From assembly GCA_044450345.1 (NCBI GenBank), contig JBIOIY010000003.1, forward strand, positions 32,001 through 96,000: a stretch of DNA of 64,000 bases, written 5' to 3'. Of this stretch, positions 28,027-38,611 are shown piece by piece. Numbering within the stretch: the stretch's first letter is position 1; every line of letters starts with the position of its first letter. The DNA comes from Thermodesulfovibrionales bacterium (lineage in GTDB: Bacteria > Nitrospirota > Thermodesulfovibrionia > Thermodesulfovibrionales > UBA6898). The translations under genes and the position numbers were made by a program. The notes under the pieces are model-generated. The model did no database searches. It had not been told where the DNA came from and saw only the letters and a list, made by a program, of their open reading frames with translations.

Positions 28027-30363
28027 ATGGAGAAGAAACTCGGTGTATATATATGCGGCGGATGCTCTATAAGCGAAGGTCTTGATATCGAGAAGCTTTC
28101 TCTCGTCGCGACGAAGGAATACAAGACCCCGATCTGCAAGACCCATCCCGCCATGTGCGGCGAAGAAGGCGTTGGGACGATCAAGAAGGACATGGAGGCC
28201 GAAGGTGTCAACACGGTTGTCATCGCGGCATGTTCAGGAAGGGTCAAGTTTGATGTCTTCGATTTCGGTGAGGCGAATATAGTAGAGAGGGTGAATATAA
28301 GAGAACAGGTCGTCTGGAGCCATGACTGGACAAAGCAGGTGAAGGTCAAGACAAAGGACGCCGACGGTAAGGATGTCGTCACGGAAGAAACCCGGGCCAA
28401 CGACGATACCCAGATGCTTGCCGAGGACTACCTCAGGATGGGGATAGTAAAAGCCCAGAAAACGAACCAGGTCGATCCTTATCTGATCGAGAATGTGGAA
28501 AAGAGCATACTGGTTATAGGCGGGGGCATTACGGGATTGACTTCAGCGATTGAGGCGGCAAAGACCGGATATGAGGTTACGATCGTTGAAAAGGCTGCGC
28601 AGCTTGGCGGATATGCCGCGAAGCAGCGTAAGCAGATACCGACGAAGGCCCCCTATACTGACCTGGAACCGAACACAATTCAGGATAAGATAAAAGAAGC
28701 CACAAGTAATTCCAGAATAACGATCAAGACCAATATAGAGATAGCCAGGATCAGCGGAGGACCCGGGCAATTCGATGTCTCATTCAAACCGTCCGGCACA
28801 AAGTCCAAATGGGACATCCCGCCTAAGAAGAAGGAAGAAGACAAGGACAAGCCGGCCGAAGAGCCCGTAGAACTTCCGGCCGACCAGATCAAGTGTGAGG
28901 ATATCCTCACTTCCGATCCTGACGCCGAACGTTTCGGCTCGGTAATAGTTGCTGCCGGAGGAAGGCCTTCCGACCCTTCTGCATTCGAGCATCTCGGATA
29001 TGGCAAATTCGCAAACGTGATCACGAATGTGATGCTGGAGGAAACCGCCTTCAAGGGCAAGATAGTCAGGCCTTCCGACGGCAAGGCGGCGAAGACCGTG
29101 GCCTTTATCCAGAGCCCCGGCCTGAACGGAGATGACAGTGACTTCCCGTACGCCTCATCCGTAACGAGCATGATATCTCTGAAGCAGGCGAACTATCTGA
29201 CGGAAGACTATGCTGACGGCAAGGCTTATATATTCTATAAGCATATGCGCACGCCGGGCCATTATGAGAATTTCTACAAGTCCGCACAGAACAACCCCGG
29301 CATCTTTTTGACGAGGGGAGAGGTCAAGTCTGTCACTGAAAACGCGGACAAGAGTCTGACCATCGAGGTGGATGACACTATCCTCGGCGAAAATATTGCG
29401 GTTGATGTAGACCTCGTAGTGTTGGCGGCGGGGATGACGCCGGAGACCCAGTTTGAGCCGGTGATAAATCTCGCATACAGGCAGGGACCGGCTTTCAGGG
29501 ACCTTGAACTTTTTGACGGGTATGCTGATTCAAACTATATATGTTTCCCTTATGAGACGAGACGTACCGGGATCTATACCGCAGGGAACGTCAGGCAGAC
29601 CATGACGAACGGCGAGTGCATCGAGGACGCCACGGGCGCTGCACTTAAGGCAATACAGTGTCTTGAGTCCACGAACAGAGGCATGGCCGTGCATCCGAGG
29701 TCGGGAGATATGTCCTTCCCGGAGTTCTTCTTCCAGAGGTGTACGCAGTGCAAGAGATGCACGGAGGAATGCCCCTTCGGCGCGCTCGACGACGACGAAA
29801 AGGGTACGCCCAAGCCGAACCCGACAAGGTGCAGGAGATGCGGTACGTGTATGGGCGCCTGTCCCGAGAGGATCGTATCCTTTAAGAACTATCACATTGA
29901 CATGATAGGCTCGATGGTCAAGGCGATCAATGTCCCGGACGAGGAGGAGGAAAAATACAGGATCGTCGCCTTTGTCTGCGAAAACGACGCCTTGCCCGCA
30001 CTGGATATGGCAGGCCTGCATAAACTGAAATATTCCGCGGACATCAGGTTTATCCCGGTCCGGTGCCTCGGTTCCGTGAACACGATCTGGATCGCCGATG
30101 CGATGTCTAAGGGCAATGACGGGGTGCTTCTCATCGGCTGTAAATATGGCGATGATTATCAGTGCCACTTCGTAAAAGGAAGCGAACTCTGCAACAAGAG
30201 GATGGACAACGTGGCCGAGACGCTTGGAAAGCTGAGACTGGAGCCTGTCAGGGTGCAGCAGATCCAGTTCTCGATCGACGAATATGAAAAGATCCCGGAA
30301 GTTATCGGCAAATTTGTCGAGGTAATAGAAGGCGTAGGCTTCAACCCGATGAAGGGATTTTAG
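28027..30363 (+). CDS. qmoB: QmoB (HdrA-like + ferredoxin + MvhD-like domains)
   Basis: GVYICGGC, CTQCKRCTEECPFG, CRRCGTCMGACPER and GCKYGDDYQCHF motifs. Confidence 0.95.
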   Translation: MEKKLGVYICGGCSISEGLDIEKLSLVATKEYKTPICKTHPAMCGEEGVGTIKKDMEAEGVNTVVIAACSGRVKFDVFDFGEANIVERVNIREQVVWSHDWTKQVKVKTKDADGKDVVTEETRANDDTQMLAEDYLRMGIVKAQKTNQVDPYLIENVEKSILVIGGGITGLTSAIEAAKTGYEVTIVEKAAQLGGYAAKQRKQIPTKAPYTDLEPNTIQDKIKEATSNSRITIKTNIEIARISGGPGQFDVSFKPSGTKSKWDIPPKKKEEDKDKPAEEPVELPADQIKCEDILTSDPDAERFGSVIVAAGGRPSDPSAFEHLGYGKFANVITNVMLEETAFKGKIVRPSDGKAAKTVAFIQSPGLNGDDSDFPYASSVTSMISLKQANYLTEDYADGKAYIFYKHMRTPGHYENFYKSAQNNPGIFLTRGEVKSVTENADKSLTIEVDDTILGENIAVDVDLVVLAAGMTPETQFEPVINLAYRQGPAFRDLELFDGYADSNYICFPYETRRTGIYTAGNVRQTMTNGECIEDATGAALKAIQCLESTNRGMAVHPRSGDMSFPEFFFQRCTQCKRCTEECPFGALDDDEKGTPKPNPTRCRRCGTCMGACPERIVSFKNYHIDMIGSMVKAINVPDEEEEKYRIVAFVCENDALPALDMAGLHKLKYSADIRFIPVRCLGSVNTIWIADAMSKGNDGVLLIGCKYGDDYQCHFVKGSELCNKRMDNVAETLGKLRLEPVRVQQIQFSIDEYEKIPEVIGKFVEVIEGVGFNPMKGF

Positions 30364-30373
30364 GAGGTAATAC

Positions 30374-31543
30374 ATGGCTGAAGGCAAGTTGATTAAACCC
30401 GATTTAGATTTTGTAAAGAGGATCATGAATTCCGGCGGGGAGTCGCTCAAAAAGTGTTACCAGTGCGCGACGTGCTCTGTTGTATGCAATATGACGCCCG
30501 ACGACAAGCCCTTCCCCCGGAAAGAGATGATACATGCGCAGTGGGGGCTTAAGGAAAAACTCTTCGGCAATCCGGATATCTGGATCTGCCATCAGTGCAG
30601 CGACTGCACGGCCTATTGCCCGAGGGGAGCCAAGCCCGGAGAAGTCCTGGGCGCAATAAGGAAAGTGAGCATCGAGCATTACTCGTTCCCGTCTTTCCTC
30701 GGCAGGATGGTCGGAGATCCGAAGTTCTTAGTCTTTCTCCTTCTGGTTCCGATAGTGATATTCGGAGTGTTGGCTCCCTATCTGGGGCACCTCATTCCCT
30801 CGGAATATCTGGAAGGTCACACACCGGGATATCTGAATGAGCTGATCACCTCCAGTGACCGGATAGTGTATGCCGAGAAATTTATGCCGGTCCCTTTCAT
30901 CGATACGATCTTCATCTGTGCAGCGCTCTTTGCGTCTTTCGGTTTTTTCATCGGCATCATGAAGTATTGGAAAGACCTTGCCGCATATGGCGGTAAGCCC
31001 AAAGGATCCATTGTGAGCGCGCTAATCGCAACGATTACGGACTTTCTGGCACACAAAAACTTCAAGAAATGTGAGGTGACGGTCGATAGATCGAAATCGC
31101 ATCTCTTTGTCTTTTACGGCTTTGTCGGCCTCGCCATAACCACGACTTGGGCGATCTTCTATCTCTATGGCCTCCACCGGGAGTCGCCATATCCGCTGTA
31201 CGACCCGATGAAGTTGCTCGGAAACGCAAGCGCTCTGGGGCTGCTGCTCGGCATATTTTGGGTGATCTATAACAGGGTGCAGAACTCAGAAAAGGCCGGA
31301 AGGGGCAGCTATTATGACTGGCTCTTCATCAGTGTCGTTCTGACGATTGTTTCTACCGGGATACTCAGCGAAGTGCTGAGGCTGCTCGGGGTTGCGCTGC
31401 TCGCATATCCTGTCTATTTCGTTCACCTGGTTGCTATTTTCTTTCTCTTTGCCTATGCGCCTTTCTCGAAAATGGCCCATATGGTTTACAGAACGACCGC
31501 TCTGGTTTATGCTAAGAGCATCGGCAGGGAGAAGGAAAACTAA
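30374..31543 (+). CDS. qmoC: QmoC (2x[4Fe-4S] + membrane heme b)
   Basis: CYQCATCSVVC, CHQCSDCTAYCP, TM helices with His residues, and FSKMAH. Confidence 0.95.
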   Translation: MAEGKLIKPDLDFVKRIMNSGGESLKKCYQCATCSVVCNMTPDDKPFPRKEMIHAQWGLKEKLFGNPDIWICHQCSDCTAYCPRGAKPGEVLGAIRKVSIEHYSFPSFLGRMVGDPKFLVFLLLVPIVIFGVLAPYLGHLIPSEYLEGHTPGYLNELITSSDRIVYAEKFMPVPFIDTIFICAALFASFGFFIGIMKYWKDLAAYGGKPKGSIVSALIATITDFLAHKNFKKCEVTVDRSKSHLFVFYGFVGLAITTTWAIFYLYGLHRESPYPLYDPMKLLGNASALGLLLGIFWVIYNRVQNSEKAGRGSYYDWLFISVVLTIVSTGILSEVLRLLGVALLAYPVYFVHLVAIFFLFAYAPFSKMAHMVYRTTALVYAKSIGREKEN

Positions 31544-31591
31544 ACAGGGCCGTATAGGCTTTAATACAGCGAAAAGAACAGGAGGAGCATT

Positions 31592-32035
31592 ATGGCAACA
31601 GTTAAGGAAATAGTAGGGCCGGTGAAGAGGGAAATTATCTCTATCGGCAGGGACAAAACGGTCGCGGATGCGGTAAGCCAGCTGGTTGAAAACGAGATCG
31701 GGGCGCTGGTCGTCATGGACGGCGAAAAGGCTGTGGGGATGTTTACCGAGAGGGACGTTCTCAAATGCTGGACCAGAAAGGCCGAACGTCACTTCAAAGA
31801 CATCAAGATCTCCGAGGTCATGAGCACGAACCTGATTATCGCCGAGTCAGATGACGACCTTTGTTATGTGACTACGATCATGATCAAAAACAGGATCAGG
31901 CATCTGCCCGTCCTCGACAATAACAAGATCGTTGCGATGCTCTCCATCAGAGACGTCGTCAAGGCGCAGGTGACGGACCTCAGGGCGGAGAACCACTATC
32001 TCAAAGATTATATCTCGGACAAATATCCCGGGTAA
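31592..32035 (+). CDS. Stand-alone CBS-pair protein
   Basis: IGALVV, GMFTERD, IRHLPV and LSIRDVVK motifs, with a strong RBS. Confidence 0.9.
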   Translation: MATVKEIVGPVKREIISIGRDKTVADAVSQLVENEIGALVVMDGEKAVGMFTERDVLKCWTRKAERHFKDIKISEVMSTNLIIAESDDDLCYVTTIMIKNRIRHLPVLDNNKIVAMLSIRDVVKAQVTDLRAENHYLKDYISDKYPG

Positions 32036-32151
32036 TGATTTCTTGCGAGTGAGATTTATATGAAGTAAATAAAGGAGGTGACGGCCGGAGCGTAACGTTT
32101 TTTTAGGGGTGTTTTCGCCTTACCGATATTTATTACAAAAGGAGGAGTTTA

Positions 32152-34251
32152 ATGAGTGGACTTAGTAATACTATATTATTTGCCTTAGGTTGCGGAGTGT
32201 TGGGCGTTATATACGCGGTGATTACCGCAATGTGGGTTTCAAAGCAGGACGCAGGAAGTGCGAAGATGCAGGAGATATCAAATGCTGTTAAAGAGGGAGC
32301 TTATGCCTTCCTTGCCCGCGAATATAAAACTGTTGCGATGGTGGCTGTCGTATTGGTTATCATAATTGCTGCAATACCGAGCCTTGGCATGTGGCCGGCT
32401 ATTGGCTTCATAATTGGAACTGTAGGTTCGGCACTTGCCGGGTTTGTTGGTATGTGGGTTACTGTCCGCGCAAACGTACGCACCACACAGGCTGCGTACA
32501 AGGGGCTACAGGCTGCGCTCGGCCTTGCATTCAAAGGAGGCTCGGTGACCGGCGTTATGGTGGTTGGTCTTGGAATTATAGGCCTTGCAAGTTTTTATTT
32601 TATAGCAAAGCAGGCAAATCTGGAAAATCCTGAAATTGCATTCCAGGCACTAATCGGTCTCGGCTTCGGATGCTCACTCATGAGCGTGTTTGCCCGTATC
32701 GCAGGCGGTATTTACACAAAGGCTGCAGACGTAGGCGCCGACCTGGTCGGAAAAGTCGAAGCAGGAATTCCTGAAGATGATCCCAGAAACCCTGCGGTTA
32801 TCGCTGACAACGTCGGTGACAACGTAGGCGACTGCGCAGGTATGGCGGCTGACCTTTATGAGACATACACGGTGACGCTCGTTGCAGCAATGCTCCTTGC
32901 CAAGACGGTTTTCGGCGCTGAAAGCCCGTGGGTGGAATTTCCGATGCTCCTCGGCGGAATATCGATCATCGCTTCCATTATCGGCACATTTGCGGTAAAA
33001 CTCGGCAAGAATCAGTATATCATGGGGGCCCTCTATAAGGGACTCGCTGTTGCAGGCGTACTTGCGGCAATAACATTTTATATTGTGACAGGCAAGTTTC
33101 TGCAAAGCCCGGAGGCACAGGCTTCAGTAGCTGCACACCCGTCATTTACGCAGATGAATGTTTTCCTTATGGCACTAATCGGCCTTGCATTGACCGGCCT
33201 CATCGTGGCTATAACGGAATACTTTACCGCTAAGGAATATGGCCCGGTGCAACATATTGCAAAGGCCAGTCTTACCGGTCACGGCACAAACGTCATTGCA
33301 GGCCTTGCAGTCAGCATGAAATCAACCGGCGCACCTGTTCTCGTTATTGTTGCCTCAATCCTGGGCGCCTATCATCTGGGCGGCGGATTTGCCGGTGATG
33401 CAGCGGGCGGCCTTTTTGCTATCGCATTGTCAGCGGTTTCGATGCTTTCGATGACCGGTATCGTTGTCGCTATCGACTCATATGGCCCGATCACGGACAA
33501 TGCAGGCGGTATCGCAGAGATGTCGGGACTGCCTGAAGAGATCCGTAACATCACCGACCCATTGGATGCGGTCGGAAACACGACAAAGGCTGTTACTAAG
33601 GGTTATGCGATCGGTTCGGCGGGACTTGCAGCCCTGGTCCTTTTTGCAGAGTATTCGAGATCATTCGGTGCAACTCTTGCTTTTGACCTTTCGAACCCCA
33701 TGGTTTTGGCGGGTCTCTTTATCGGAGGGCTTCTTCCTTACTACTTCGGATCACTTCTTATGGAGGCTGTCGGAAAGGCAGCAGGCAGCATTGTCGAAGA
33801 GGTGAGAAGACAGTTCAGGGAGATCCCCGGCATTATGGAATACAAGGCAAAGCCGGAATACGGCAAGTGCGTTGACATTGTCACAAAAGGCGCTATCAAG
33901 CAGATGATGCTCCCTGCTCTTATCCCGGTAGTGGTTCCTATCGTGGTAGGTCTTCTCCTTGGCAGAGAAGCCCTAGGCGGAGTTCTTATCGGGAGTATAC
34001 TGACCGGACTCTTCCAGGCGATCGCCATGACAAGCGGCGGCGGTGCATGGGACAACGCCAAGAAATCTTTTGAAGACGGCGTTACCGACGACAAAGGCGT
34101 CGTGCATAAGAAGGGTAGCGATGGGCATAAAGCCTCTGTCACAGGCGATACAGTCGGCGATCCTTACAAGGACACTGCGGGCCCGGCTATCAACCCGATG
34201 ATCAAGGTCATCAACATCGTTGCACTCTTGATCGTTCCAATGATGAAATAG
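32152..34251 (+). CDS. hppA: Membrane H+-translocating pyrophosphatase, K+-independent signature
   Basis: [26 protein letters not shown] (Lys form) and [10 protein letters not shown] motifs. Confidence 0.95.
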   Translation: MSGLSNTILFALGCGVLGVIYAVITAMWVSKQDAGSAKMQEISNAVKEGAYAFLAREYKTVAMVAVVLVIIIAAIPSLGMWPAIGFIIGTVGSALAGFVGMWVTVRANVRTTQAAYKGLQAALGLAFKGGSVTGVMVVGLGIIGLASFYFIAKQANLENPEIAFQALIGLGFGCSLMSVFARIAGGIYTKAADVGADLVGKVEAGIPEDDPRNPAVIADNVGDNVGDCAGMAADLYETYTVTLVAAMLLAKTVFGAESPWVEFPMLLGGISIIASIIGTFAVKLGKNQYIMGALYKGLAVAGVLAAITFYIVTGKFLQSPEAQASVAAHPSFTQMNVFLMALIGLALTGLIVAITEYFTAKEYGPVQHIAKASLTGHGTNVIAGLAVSMKSTGAPVLVIVASILGAYHLGGGFAGDAAGGLFAIALSAVSMLSMTGIVVAIDSYGPITDNAGGIAEMSGLPEEIRNITDPLDAVGNTTKAVTKGYAIGSAGLAALVLFAEYSRSFGATLAFDLSNPMVLAGLFIGGLLPYYFGSLLMEAVGKAAGSIVEEVRRQFREIPGIMEYKAKPEYGKCVDIVTKGAIKQMMLPALIPVVVPIVVGLLLGREALGGVLIGSILTGLFQAIAMTSGGGAWDNAKKSFEDGVTDDKGVVHKKGSDGHKASVTGDTVGDPYKDTAGPAINPMIKVINIVALLIVPMMK

Positions 34252-34273
34252 TTTGAGTAGTTAATAAAAGTGG

Positions 34274-34308
34274 AAAGCCGATTCCAGGGCATCGGAATCG
34301 GCTTTTTT
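34274..34308 (+). terminator. Rho-independent terminator after hppA
   Basis: AAAGCCGATTCC / GGAATCGGCTTT followed by a T-run. Confidence 0.85.
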
Positions 34309-34445
34309 GTTATAATGGAGATGTTAGAAAAAGGCGTTTTAAAGATGCATGCAGATTTTTGTCATGGTAATTTCCCGATAGAACCAAAATTTAGTATGGG
34401 GTATTTTGTAAGAATATGGTGTGAGTTTTTTGAAAGGATGTAAAG

Positions 34446-35390
34446 ATGGCGATCGACGAGAAAGACTTCAATAAGAAAATGAAAGAAGTAAAGAGTAAAC
34501 TGAAACAGAGCGTTATTGTTCCGCAGCAGCTTACGCGAAATGACAAGATTAATTTCAGATGCTATCCGGGAATCGGATGTTTCACAAAGTGCTGCAGCGG
34601 GATACGAATAAATCTTACTCCCTATGATATCTACCGGTTGAAGAAAAGGCTCGGCTTGTCCTATCACGACTTTCTCATGGAATATACGGTGCCGAGATCG
34701 GTCGACGGAACTCCCCTGCCGATCGTCGTGCTCAAGCTCAAAAAAGACGCGGCGAAATCCTGTCCATTTGTCACCCCTGAAGGCTGTACGGTCTATACCG
34801 ACCGGCCCGTGACCTGCCGCTATTATCCGATAGGAATGGCGATCATGAAAAAGTATGACAAGGAGACCGGCCAGGACTTTTTCATCAAGATCAAGGAAGA
34901 CCATTGCCTCGGACATAAGGAAGACAAGGAGTGGACAATCGACGAATGGCGGGCGGACCAGGAGTCCGATCTCTACGATGAGATGAATAGCGACTGGATG
35001 GAGGTTGTGCTCAAGGCAAAAACACTCGGTATAGTAGAGTTCGGCCAGAAATCGCTCGACCTCTTCTTCATGGTCAGTTCCAACCTCGACATGTTCAGGG
35101 ACTTTGTCTTTAGCAGCAATTTCCTGGACGCCTATGAGGTTGATCCGGCGGTCGTCGAACGGATAAAGAATGACGAACTGGAGCTTCTGAAATTCTCGCT
35201 GAAATGGCTCAGGTTCACGATGTTCGGCGAGGGTGACTTCAAGGTCAAAGACGAGGCCCGGCAGCGCGCAAAGGAGCGACAGCAGGCGGCCGCGCTCGAA
35301 AAGGCCAGGCTGAAGGAAGAGCGCGCGAAGAAGGCGCTCGCAAAGACGCCGGAAGAGGTTATGAAAGAGGCCGACCGGGAGGAAGAGTAA
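34446..35390 (+). CDS. YkgJ-family cysteine-cluster (Zn/Fe-S) protein
   Basis: C-x5-C-x3-CC, CPF and CTVY..RP.TCR.YP motifs, with a charged helical tail. Confidence 0.85.
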   Translation: MAIDEKDFNKKMKEVKSKLKQSVIVPQQLTRNDKINFRCYPGIGCFTKCCSGIRINLTPYDIYRLKKRLGLSYHDFLMEYTVPRSVDGTPLPIVVLKLKKDAAKSCPFVTPEGCTVYTDRPVTCRYYPIGMAIMKKYDKETGQDFFIKIKEDHCLGHKEDKEWTIDEWRADQESDLYDEMNSDWMEVVLKAKTLGIVEFGQKSLDLFFMVSSNLDMFRDFVFSSNFLDAYEVDPAVVERIKNDELELLKFSLKWLRFTMFGEGDFKVKDEARQRAKERQQAAALEKARLKEERAKKALAKTPEEVMKEADREEE

Positions 35391-35394
35391 AGGC

Positions 35395-35922
35395 CTATTT
35401 CCCAGAGGGCGCCGGCCGTTTTGAATATAGCTTTTCTACTTCCTCCAGAATGTCCTCTTTCAGCTTCGCCAACTTTTCCCTAAATAAATCGTTTTCCAGA
35501 ATTTCTTTGGGAAGTGCCTCAAATCGTCTGGCAATCGTGTCGCGCAGGAATTCCCCTCCCTGTCTTACCTGCTGGTCAATTGAGGATTGGGTATTGTTCG
35601 TAGTCGCAATCAACTGAAAGACGAGGTCGTTGTTAGCAGCCAGTCTCTGGTCGATCGATCCTAAAACAGTGAGCACCTGATCGAGTCTGTCGGCGCTCTG
35701 CTTGGCGGAGATGGCAGAGAGCTGGGAAAGACCGAATATCTGTCCGTCGCAGACGCCGGGAAGAGCAACATCGGTAGGCGGAACCCATCTGCCTACACAA
35801 ATTTGGGGCCCCCTCTCACCCGTGATAAAGGTGTAGCCTTCACCCCCCTGACCTTGTGCCGGCAATGTACCCGCGATAAAAAATACCAGCCAGAGAGCCG
35901 TAATGCAGATTAATGTCTTCAT
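35395..35922 (-). CDS. Secreted hypothetical protein
   Basis: AGGAG RBS, signal peptide, two Cys and a helical C-terminus. Confidence 0.75.
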   Translation of the reverse strand: MKTLICITALWLVFFIAGTLPAQGQGGEGYTFITGERGPQICVGRWVPPTDVALPGVCDGQIFGLSQLSAISAKQSADRLDQVLTVLGSIDQRLAANNDLVFQLIATTNNTQSSIDQQVRQGGEFLRDTIARRFEALPKEILENDLFREKLAKLKEDILEEVEKLYSKRPAPSGK

Positions 35923-36048
35923 ATCTCCTCCTGCCTTATTTGAAGACCACAGTGAATTTCCAGTCTTCTTCTAGTTATTATTTATCACAAAAGAGGCGGC
36001 TTGTCATTCCAGTAGACGGCAGAAATTGTTTCGCATGTATAATAGTGT

Positions 36049-36951
36049 ATGATTGTGACCGGCATTGGACAGTGCTCTCTTGATCATCTTGCACTCATAG
36101 ATATTTATCCGCCGGCCGATACCAAGAAAGAGATACTCGAATTGCATGAGCAGGGAGGCGGTCCGGTCGCTACTGCACTCGTCGCCCTCTCCCGCTGGGG
36201 AGTCAAATGCAGGTTTCACGGGGTCGTCGGCGATGATGATGCCGGGAAGAAGATACAGCTCTCTCTTATCGAAGAAGGCGTTGCCGTTTCGGGGCTGGTT
36301 GTTCGAAAAAAGGCCGTGTCGCAGGTCGCCTTCATCGCGATAGAGAAAGAAACGGCCACGCGGACAATATTCTGGAGGAGCCCAGGCGGCAGGCTGCTGC
36401 AGCCGGAAGAACTCGGCGCTGATTTTCTCGATGGCAGCGCGTTACTTCTTCTCGACGGCCTGATGATCGACGTCTCGATATATGCTGCTGAAAAGGCGAG
36501 AGAGTACGGCATTCCTATAATGCTCGATGCCGGAAGATTGCGAGCCGGCATGCCTGATCTTATTAAACTCTCTGATTACGTGGTGGCTTCCGAGGAGTTC
36601 GCCAGAGATCTCGGATGGGACCCATGTCGTGAAACTCTTCTGAGGGAAAGAGAAAATCTCGGGGTAAAAGTCCTTACCGTCACGCTGGGAGAAAGTGGAA
36701 GCATGACCGCATCATCAGATAACGACTACATTGAAATACCCGCTTTTCAGGTGCATGCGGTCGATACGACAGGCGCGGGAGATGTCTTCCACGGAGGGTA
36801 TATCTACGGACTTCTGAAGAATTGGAGCATCAAAGAGACCGTCACCTTTGCTTCGGCCGCAGCAGCCATAAAGTGCGCAAAGATCGGAGGCAGGTACGGC
36901 ATACCCAGACTCAGCGAAGTAGAGGAGTTTTTGAGTGCAAGAGGACGGTGA
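36049..36951 (+). CDS. PfkB-family carbohydrate kinase
   Basis: GGGPVATA and VDTTGAGDVF motifs. Confidence 0.92.
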   Translation: MIVTGIGQCSLDHLALIDIYPPADTKKEILELHEQGGGPVATALVALSRWGVKCRFHGVVGDDDAGKKIQLSLIEEGVAVSGLVVRKKAVSQVAFIAIEKETATRTIFWRSPGGRLLQPEELGADFLDGSALLLLDGLMIDVSIYAAEKAREYGIPIMLDAGRLRAGMPDLIKLSDYVVASEEFARDLGWDPCRETLLRERENLGVKVLTVTLGESGSMTASSDNDYIEIPAFQVHAVDTTGAGDVFHGGYIYGLLKNWSIKETVTFASAAAAIKCAKIGGRYGIPRLSEVEEFLSARGR

Positions 36952-38194
36952 TGCCAAGTTGGTGCCCTTTCCCATAACACCGGCCTATGGCAGATATGCG
37001 CTTGCTCTTCTCTTTGCAGTCAACCTTCTCAATTACATAGACCGGCAAGTGCTTTTTGCTGTTTTTCCTCTGATCAAGACTGAACTGCATCTGTCAGATA
37101 CAGCCCTTGGATTCCTTGGAAGCGGATTCATGGTGTCTTATATGGCGTCAGCCCCGTTGCTCGGATGGTTCGGGGATCGTTACGGGCGGGTGAAGCTGGC
37201 GGGCATGGGCCTGTCGGTTTGGAGTATCGCCACCGCAGCCACAGGTATGGCCGGGCGCTACAGCACTATCCTGGCGAGTCGCGCCACCGTGGGTATAGGC
37301 GAGGCAAGTTTTGGGACTGTGTCCCCTGGACTGATTTCAGACTATTTCCCGAAGGAGCGCCGCGGCAGTGTCCTTTCTTTTTTTTACCTTGCGATACCGG
37401 TCGGCAGTGCGGTCGGCTATATCTTGGGCGGTGTTCTCGGACAGGCGTTTGGATGGCATTCCGCCTTTTTTATTGTTGGAATTCCGGGACTTGCGCTGGC
37501 TGTTCCTCTCTTTCTCCTCCGGGAACCCAGGCGAGGGGCCACAGAGAAAGATGCGAAACTCTCTGTTCCTCACCCCGCAGATTATGTATCGCTTTTCAAG
37601 AACCGTTCTTTTGTGATTGCTACGCTGGCCATGGCCGCCATGACCTTTGCTATGGGTGGATTGGCCCAGTGGCTCCCGACGTTTTTCTACAGGACGCACG
37701 GGCAGAGTATTGCCGCGGGCAATGCGCTGTTCGGTACCATCACGGTAATATCTGGGATTGCCGGCACGCTTACCGGCGGGTGGCTCGGCGACAGATTCCA
37801 GAAAGGAAGCGGTAAGGGATATTTAATGGTCTCCGGCATGGGGTTTCTTGCGGGGACTCCATTTGCGGTGTACGCCCTCGTCTCCTCTTCATTCCCTGGC
37901 TGTCTCACTGCAATCTTTTTTGCCGAGTTTTTTCTCTTCTTTAATACCGGACCGCTCAATACGACGATTGTCAATGTTACAAACCCCTCTGTGAGGGCTA
38001 TGGCCTTTGCCGTCAATATTTTCTTCATCCATGCACTTGGAGACGCCGTATCACCGGCGATACTCGGCCGTCTTTCCGATATCTGGGGGCTGAGGACAGC
38101 ACTCCTGATAACGCCTTTCATGATACTCCTGGCTGCCGGGTTCTCATTTCTCTGTACCCGGTTTGTCGAAAAAGACTCGTGCGGAAGTGTGTAA
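36935..38194 (+). CDS. MFS transporter (spinster-like), start uncertain
   Basis: NLLNYIDRQ and GIGEAS motifs, about 12 TM segments. Confidence 0.9.
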   Translation: MQEDGDAKLVPFPITPAYGRYALALLFAVNLLNYIDRQVLFAVFPLIKTELHLSDTALGFLGSGFMVSYMASAPLLGWFGDRYGRVKLAGMGLSVWSIATAATGMAGRYSTILASRATVGIGEASFGTVSPGLISDYFPKERRGSVLSFFYLAIPVGSAVGYILGGVLGQAFGWHSAFFIVGIPGLALAVPLFLLREPRRGATEKDAKLSVPHPADYVSLFKNRSFVIATLAMAAMTFAMGGLAQWLPTFFYRTHGQSIAAGNALFGTITVISGIAGTLTGGWLGDRFQKGSGKGYLMVSGMGFLAGTPFAVYALVSSSFPGCLTAIFFAEFFLFFNTGPLNTTIVNVTNPSVRAMAFAVNIFFIHALGDAVSPAILGRLSDIWGLRTALLITPFMILLAAGFSFLCTRFVEKDSCGSV

Positions 38195-38342
38195 AGCCCT
38201 TTGTCTTACGAAGAGACCTCTGGACGGGACATGGTCTCGTCCTTTTTATTTTGAAAGGTTCGCCTGGACTCTGTGGCTTTAAGGTCTGTTATAATGTAGC
38301 CAGATACTTCGGCAAGGACAGAAAAGAGTATAAGGGTGATAT

Positions 38343-38600
38343 ATGAGCGGCGGAGAACTTGTAATAATTTTCATCGTGGCGTTCCTGGTTTTCGGGCCTA
38401 AGAGACTGCCTGAATTGGCGAGAACGCTGGGCAAATTGCTTTTCGAGTTAAAGAAGGCTGCGCAAGACGTTAAGGTCCACATGGAAACGGAGATCGACTC
38501 GGCGGAAAAAGAAACGAAAGAAGAAACGAAAGAAGAAAAAACACCCGAGGAGGCGCCATCGCACGAGAAGCCGGCGGATGAGGCCGAAAAAAATAAGTGA
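38343..38600 (+). CDS. TatA/TatB-family translocase subunit
   Basis: TM helix, FGPKRLPELAR and an acidic tail. Confidence 0.9.
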   Translation: MSGGELVIIFIVAFLVFGPKRLPELARTLGKLLFELKKAAQDVKVHMETEIDSAEKETKEETKEEKTPEEAPSHEKPADEAEKNK

Positions 38601-38611
38601 GCAGGAGAGAA

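Noticed and set aside
26757..30363. Selenocysteine in HdrA-like Qmo subunits
   Set aside because: Both ORFs are continuous with no in-frame TGA.
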